A stretch of 64,000 nt of DNA from Candidatus Latescibacterota bacterium. Its GTDB lineage: Bacteria; Latescibacterota; UBA2968; UBA8231. The stretch is taken from contig CBDFJF010000002.1 of assembly GCA_965248265.1 (NCBI GenBank), forward strand, positions 2,976,001 through 3,040,000, in the 5' to 3' direction. Made by a program: the position numbers and the translations under genes. The notes beneath the pieces are model-generated. The model saw nothing but the letters and a program-made list of their open reading frames with translations. It had not been told where the DNA came from and did not search any database. Each line of letters begins with the position of its first letter. Position 1 is the first letter of the stretch. Shown here piece after piece: positions 59,712-64,000 of this stretch.

Positions 59712-61355
59712 ATGGACGGCATCACCAATCAGGAAAAGGCACAGGCCCGCATTTACCGGATGCGCTGGTGGACGCTCGCAGTCGTCTCAGTCACAGTGCT
59801 GCTGGCAACCATCGACGAAACGATTCTCAACGTGGCTATCCCGTCACTGCAACGAGGCTTGGGCGCATCGGCCTCGTCGCTGCAATGGATGGTCAACTCT
59901 TACGTGCTGGTGTTCGGCGGCTTGCTCTTGACGATGGGCGGTATTGGTGACCGGTTCGGACGAGCACGGATGCTACGCTATGGGCTCGCGGTTTTCGGCC
60001 TTTCTTCCCTGGGCGCAGCGTTCGCACAGTCGCCGGCGCAACTGATCGGAGCCCGCGCAATCATGGGTATCGGCGGCGCGATGATGATGCCGGCAACCCT
60101 TGCCATTATCGTGAACGTGTTTGAACAAAAGGAGCTGCCTAAAGCGATCGCGATCTGGTCGATGATGGCGGGAGTAGGCGTCGCGCTCGGACCGATCCTT
60201 GGTGGGTTTCTGCTCCAATACTTCTACTGGGGATCTGTTTTCCTCGTAAACGTACCCATCGCTGGGATCGCGATAGCGGCGAGCCTGTTCCTCGTTCCGG
60301 ATAGCCGAGACCCCGAAAGCAGGCCCCTCGACATTCCGGGCGCACTCCTGTCGACAGGAGCGGTCTGTGCAGTAATCCTCGCCATTATCGAGGGTCCCCA
60401 GTGGGGGGCCGGCTCTTCACAGTTTGCAATAACAATAGCTGCAGCAATCATCCTGAGCGTGGGCTTTGTGCTACGAGAGCGGCAAGCCGAACACCCACTG
60501 CTGGACTTTGCGCTGTTTCGGCTGCCGCGTTTCTCGACCGGAGCCGCCGCCATAAGTCTGGCATTCTTCTCGATGGTCGGCTTCATGTTCGGCTTCACGC
60601 AGTACCTCCAATTTGTTCAGGGACACACGCCGCTGGCTGCGGGCATTCGATTCCTACCCATAGCGGTGGGGTTCATGTTTGGCGCTATAGCCAGTGAGGA
60701 GTTGGCGCGCCGCTTCGGTACCAGCATAGTCGTGGCGGTCGGACTCGTCATCATGACGGCTACGATGCCGCTTGTACTCCTTTGGGAGATAAACACTTCC
60801 TACTTCGTGATCGGGCCTATTGTGGCCGTGATCGCGCTCGGCGTCGGTTTGGTTTTCGCTCCGGCAGCCGAAGCGGTCATGGGAGCCGTTGAGGCAGCGA
60901 AGGCGGGAGTTGGCTCCGCCATGAACGATGTGGCTCAGATGCTCTCGAGCGCATTCAGTGTGGCCGTGGTGGGCTCGGTGATGTATGCGATCTACTCGGT
61001 AAAGTTCGGGAAGGCTGTGACGATGCTGCCGGCCGAGGCAAAACAGCTCGTGTTGGATTCAATCGGCGCGGCAGTTCAACTGGCGGCAACCCTACCGCAA
61101 GAGGAGGCGCTTGCCCTGTCCACCGCTGCCAAGTCTGCATTCACGGATGCGCTGGGTCTGGCGGTGCTGATTGGCGCCGGGCTCTCCTTCGTTGGTGTGC
61201 TGATCGTTGCCAAGTTCATGCCGGCGCGAGACACCTATGCGGGCGACCACATCGATAGCAATCTGCAGAAGCTAGAATCACCACTATTGATCAGCTCGCA
61301 GGCTTCGCAAAAAAGGAGCACACAATGGCTGACCACTCTCTCTCAGAAGCAGTAG
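59712..61355 (+). CDS. DHA2 (EmrB/QacA-like) MFS efflux transporter
   Basis: D.TILNVAIP, LQW.VNSY, G..GDRFGR, GPILGG; about 14 TM segments. Confidence 0.93.
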   Translation: MDGITNQEKAQARIYRMRWWTLAVVSVTVLLATIDETILNVAIPSLQRGLGASASSLQWMVNSYVLVFGGLLLTMGGIGDRFGRARMLRYGLAVFGLSSLGAAFAQSPAQLIGARAIMGIGGAMMMPATLAIIVNVFEQKELPKAIAIWSMMAGVGVALGPILGGFLLQYFYWGSVFLVNVPIAGIAIAASLFLVPDSRDPESRPLDIPGALLSTGAVCAVILAIIEGPQWGAGSSQFAITIAAAIILSVGFVLRERQAEHPLLDFALFRLPRFSTGAAAISLAFFSMVGFMFGFTQYLQFVQGHTPLAAGIRFLPIAVGFMFGAIASEELARRFGTSIVVAVGLVIMTATMPLVLLWEINTSYFVIGPIVAVIALGVGLVFAPAAEAVMGAVEAAKAGVGSAMNDVAQMLSSAFSVAVVGSVMYAIYSVKFGKAVTMLPAEAKQLVLDSIGAAVQLAATLPQEEALALSTAAKSAFTDALGLAVLIGAGLSFVGVLIVAKFMPARDTYAGDHIDSNLQKLESPLLISSQASQKRSTQWLTTLSQKQ

Positions 61356-61418
61356 CGCTCTACAGGGATTCTTCACTCAATGATAGGAGAGAACACGATG
61401 TCCATTATAACTGCCTCT

Positions 61419-61471
61419 AGTCCTGGGTATGACTTTAAACTGCCCTGAATTATTCTAATCGTTAAACCAGG
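61419..61471 (+). repeat. 53-bp direct repeat, copy 1
   Basis: AGTCCTGGGTATGACTTTAAACTGCCCTGAATTATTCTAATCGTTAAACCAGG; 48/53 identical to 61835-61887. Confidence 0.9.
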
Positions 61472-61516
61472 TTTCGTGTCAGAAAACATATTTCCCTCAA
61501 ACTTAAGGAAACAAAA

Positions 61517-61810
61517 ATGTTTACTCTATTTGCTCAATTCGCCGTAGAAGACTTTGACGCGTGGAAAGGTGCTATCGACTCGGTCGACGCCCAATCAACT
61601 TTGAAGGAATATGGCATGGTAGAGGCCAGCATACATCGACAGGTGGATGCCAGTGAGGTTACTATAATCCACAAATTCAAGGATTTAGAGACAGCCCGAG
61701 AATTTATGAATAGGTCGGAAATGGAAGAAACTCAGAAACGATACCAGCAAATGGGGATCATACTGCCGGCTACAATGTGGCTAGGCGAGGATGTGAGTCA
61801 ATATAGATAA
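61517..61810 (+). CDS. Small dimeric alpha-beta barrel (cyclase/ABM-like) protein, AT-rich
   Basis: AAGGA RBS; V.DFDAWK...G.....I.R.......V.IIH.F...E.A..F pattern. Confidence 0.7.
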   Translation: MFTLFAQFAVEDFDAWKGAIDSVDAQSTLKEYGMVEASIHRQVDASEVTIIHKFKDLETAREFMNRSEMEETQKRYQQMGIILPATMWLGEDVSQYR

Positions 61811-61834
61811 TTTCAGAAACCAATATCCGGCCTA

Positions 61835-61887
61835 AGTCCTGGGTATGACTGAAAACTGGTCTGAGTTATTCTAATCGTTAAACCAGG
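61835..61887 (+). repeat. 53-bp direct repeat, copy 2
   Basis: AGTCCTGGGTATGACTGAAAACTGGTCTGAGTTATTCTAATCGTTAAACCAGG. Confidence 0.9.
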
Positions 61888-61922
61888 CTACTAATAATCT
61901 TCGTGAAAGGGAAGTGAGAAAA

Positions 61923-62120
61923 ATGATAAAATGTCCAGTTTGCCGCATGTGGATCATAAAAATAATTGCCCCATCTTTAGAGTACAAAGGTAAGACATAT
62001 TACTTTATGAGCTCAAAACACAAGGCTACCTTTGAAAAAGATCCAGAGAAGTTCATTGGTGGTAAGGAGATGCATGGCGGGTCAAGACAAAATCGGTCAT
62101 TGATAGATGAAAAGCCCTAG
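61923..62120 (+). CDS. YHS-domain-like small protein, 3' end supplied by an IS end
   Basis: CPVC.M....A...EYKGKTYYF.S..HK..FEKDPEKF; the usual FCS..C motif appears as FMS..H. Confidence 0.75.
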   Translation: MIKCPVCRMWIIKIIAPSLEYKGKTYYFMSSKHKATFEKDPEKFIGGKEMHGGSRQNRSLIDEKP

Positions 62121-62321
62121 GATTGTTGGACACTCGGCTGGTGGAGATCAGGTACGACAGCGGTGTCGTAAGCGCTGTCGTACCTGAGCAGGAGTGTCGT
62201 AGCCGTGGCGCTGGAGGCACCACTGCTCGTTGTAGAGTCGTTTGAACTCAAGCAGGGTCAGTCGCAACTCCTCGACGGTGGCGAAGTGACTGACCCACAG
62301 GAGATTCTCCTTCAGCGTGCG
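62108..62321 (-). mobile_element. IS3-family remnant: transposase C-terminus plus terminal inverted repeat
   Basis: Minus strand 62321-62148 reads RTLKENLLWVSHFATVEELRLTLLEFKRLYNEQW..QRHGYDTPAQ; element end GTGTCCAACAATCCTAGGGCTTTTCA. Confidence 0.8.
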
Positions 62322-62468
62322 ATTGGACCTCCACCAAAGAGCGTCACTGCACTGGCATGGTTATGTCAGGCCCAATGGCTGGTAATCGTATGGGGGTACT
62401 GGGTCGACAAACATCGGCACGCAATATCGAATTAGGATTCACCTGCCACTAAGGACAGGGGCCCTCTC

Positions 62469-64000
62469 ATGGATGATTTCGTAGACCAAGTACGCTGGAT
62501 ACTCGACTCTGCAATCGACGCCGCGATTACGATGTCAGAGGATGGGACGGTAACCGGCTGGAACGGCCACGCCGAAACCACTTTTGGCTGGACGAGGGAC
62601 GACGCGATCGGTCGGGATCTGTCCGAACTGATCATGCCGGAACGCTACCGGCAACGTCACCGAGATGGTTTAAGGCGCTTCCTCGAGACTGGCGAAGCTC
62701 GCATTATCGGCCGCAACATCGAGATCGAAGCACTGCATCGCGACGGCCACGAAATCCATGTCGAGCTCGGAGTCGCATCCTTGCGCGTCGGGGATCAGAA
62801 TATCTTTAGCGCCTTCCTTCGGGACATAAGCCAACGAACGGAGCGGGAACAATCTCTCCGCGACAGCCGGCGAAAGCTGACTGAGGCACAGCGCGTGGCC
62901 CATCTCGGATCGTGGGAGTGGAAAATTGCCGAAAATAAGGTTACGTGGTCCGAGGAGCTTCATCGAATCTACGGCACTACGCCGGATGACTTCGAGGCGT
63001 CGTACGAGGCTTTCATCGAACGCGTCCATCCGGAGGACCGGGAGCGGGTTGCCGGATTGGTTGAAGCCGCCTATGGTGGCGCGTCACTCGATTTCTTGCA
63101 CCGACTGGTTCGACCTGACGGCGAAATCCGTATCCTTCAGGCTCATGGTGAGCTGATTCGCGACGCCGAGGGCAACCCTAGTCGCATGGTGGGTACGGCC
63201 CTCGATGTTACGAAGCTGAAGGAGGCCGAGGCTGAAATCTCGAAGCTCAACGCCACGCTCGAGCGACGTGTGGAAGAACGCACCGCCGAGCTCGAAGCGG
63301 CGGTAGCAGAGCTCGAGACCACGCAGAACGAGCTTGTCCTCAGGGATAAGATGGCGGCCCTCGGACGATTGGTCGCCGGAGTCGCACACGAAATCAACAC
63401 GCCCCTTGGCGCGATCAAGAGCAACCATCAAACCCTCAAGCTGATTGTCGAGAAACTCGAAGTGAGCTCTCAGACTGCTGGCGTACACGATGGACTGATC
63501 GAGAACGCGAACAAAGTGATGGCTGTCACTGGCCAGGCCATCGAGCGAATCGCGGGAGTGGTCAGTGGACTGCGACGCTTTACTCGGCTCGACCAGGCCG
63601 AAGTGGACACCATCGACATAGTCGCGGCAATCAAGGAGACCCTACTTTTGCTGCGGCACGAGACCAAGGGTCGCATCACAATTCATCTCGACGAGACGGC
63701 ATCGCCGATGCTGGAGTGCTATGCCAACCAGATCAATCAGATGCTGATGAATCTTCTCGTCAACGCTAGTCAGGCGATCGATGGTCCCGGCGACATCTTC
63801 GTCAATGCGTCACAGCAAGACGAGTTTGTGACCATCCAGATTCGTGACACGGGCCGCGGGATCGCCCCCGCAGATCTCGGTCGGGTCTTCGACCCCGGCT
63901 TCACAACCAAGGGCGTGGGTGTCGGTACAGGGCTCGGTCTTTCAATCGTGCATCGGGTTGTCGAAGCGCACCGTGGTTCGATCGACGTCAACAGTGAGCG
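62469..64000 (+). CDS. PAS-PAS sensor histidine kinase (NtrB-like), 3'-partial
   Basis: Open frame to the window end; two PAS domains, KMAALGRLVAGVAHEINTPLG (H box), QMLMNLLVNASQA, DTGRGI, FDPGFTTKGVGVGTGLGL. Confidence 0.93.
   Translation, partial: MDDFVDQVRWILDSAIDAAITMSEDGTVTGWNGHAETTFGWTRDDAIGRDLSELIMPERYRQRHRDGLRRFLETGEARIIGRNIEIEALHRDGHEIHVELGVASLRVGDQNIFSAFLRDISQRTEREQSLRDSRRKLTEAQRVAHLGSWEWKIAENKVTWSEELHRIYGTTPDDFEASYEAFIERVHPEDRERVAGLVEAAYGGASLDFLHRLVRPDGEIRILQAHGELIRDAEGNPSRMVGTALDVTKLKEAEAEISKLNATLERRVEERTAELEAAVAELETTQNELVLRDKMAALGRLVAGVAHEINTPLGAIKSNHQTLKLIVEKLEVSSQTAGVHDGLIENANKVMAVTGQAIERIAGVVSGLRRFTRLDQAEVDTIDIVAAIKETLLLLRHETKGRITIHLDETASPMLECYANQINQMLMNLLVNASQAIDGPGDIFVNASQQDEFVTIQIRDTGRGIAPADLGRVFDPGFTTKGVGVGTGLGLSIVHRVVEAHRGSIDVNSE

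Noticed and set aside
61419-61887. CRISPR array, canonical attC sites or dif sites
   Set aside because: There are only two repeats, with a gene-sized spacer and no cas genes. The RYYYAAC inverse core is missing, and the XerC/D arm match is weak.
62432-63991. Short ORFs listed in the track over this span
   Set aside because: They are shadows of a single plus-strand histidine kinase, which the track omits because it has no stop in the window.

Overview
Bacterial chromosomal window, roughly 60% GC by eye. Gene content and the orphan proteins loosely suggest an uncultured Gram-negative lineage such as Latescibacterota (inference only). Positions 1-55.8 kb are mostly housekeeping and metabolic genes: rnhA, lpdA, CCA-adding enzyme, sulfatase, fdhD, a selenocysteine-containing NAD-linked formate dehydrogenase (in-frame UGA plus SECIS) with a NuoEF-like partner, a methyltransferase/flippase/TMTC-like locus, hom-apgM-asd, acetolactate synthase, malic enzyme, thrS, four response regulators, proS, aroK and kefG/kefC-type genes. 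Three deletion-scarred pseudogenes lie among them. From about 56 kb the window becomes a mosaic accessory island: an integrase remnant, three coupled small membrane ORFs, an intact tyrosine recombinase, tetR-MFS with two identical operators, two AT-rich mini-genes each preceded by a 53-bp direct repeat, an IS3-family remnant, and then a PAS-PAS histidine kinase that runs off the window. The most notable unannotated signals are (1) the repeat-delimited cassette-like mini-genes near the recombinase, (2) a Thr-rich leader peptide with terminator/antiterminator upstream of thrS, (3) a sigma54-driven ~85-nt structured RNA upstream of the formate dehydrogenase operon, and (4) a 221-bp multi-hairpin element at 24.75-24.97 kb. 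All calls are from motif recognition by eye; no searches were run.
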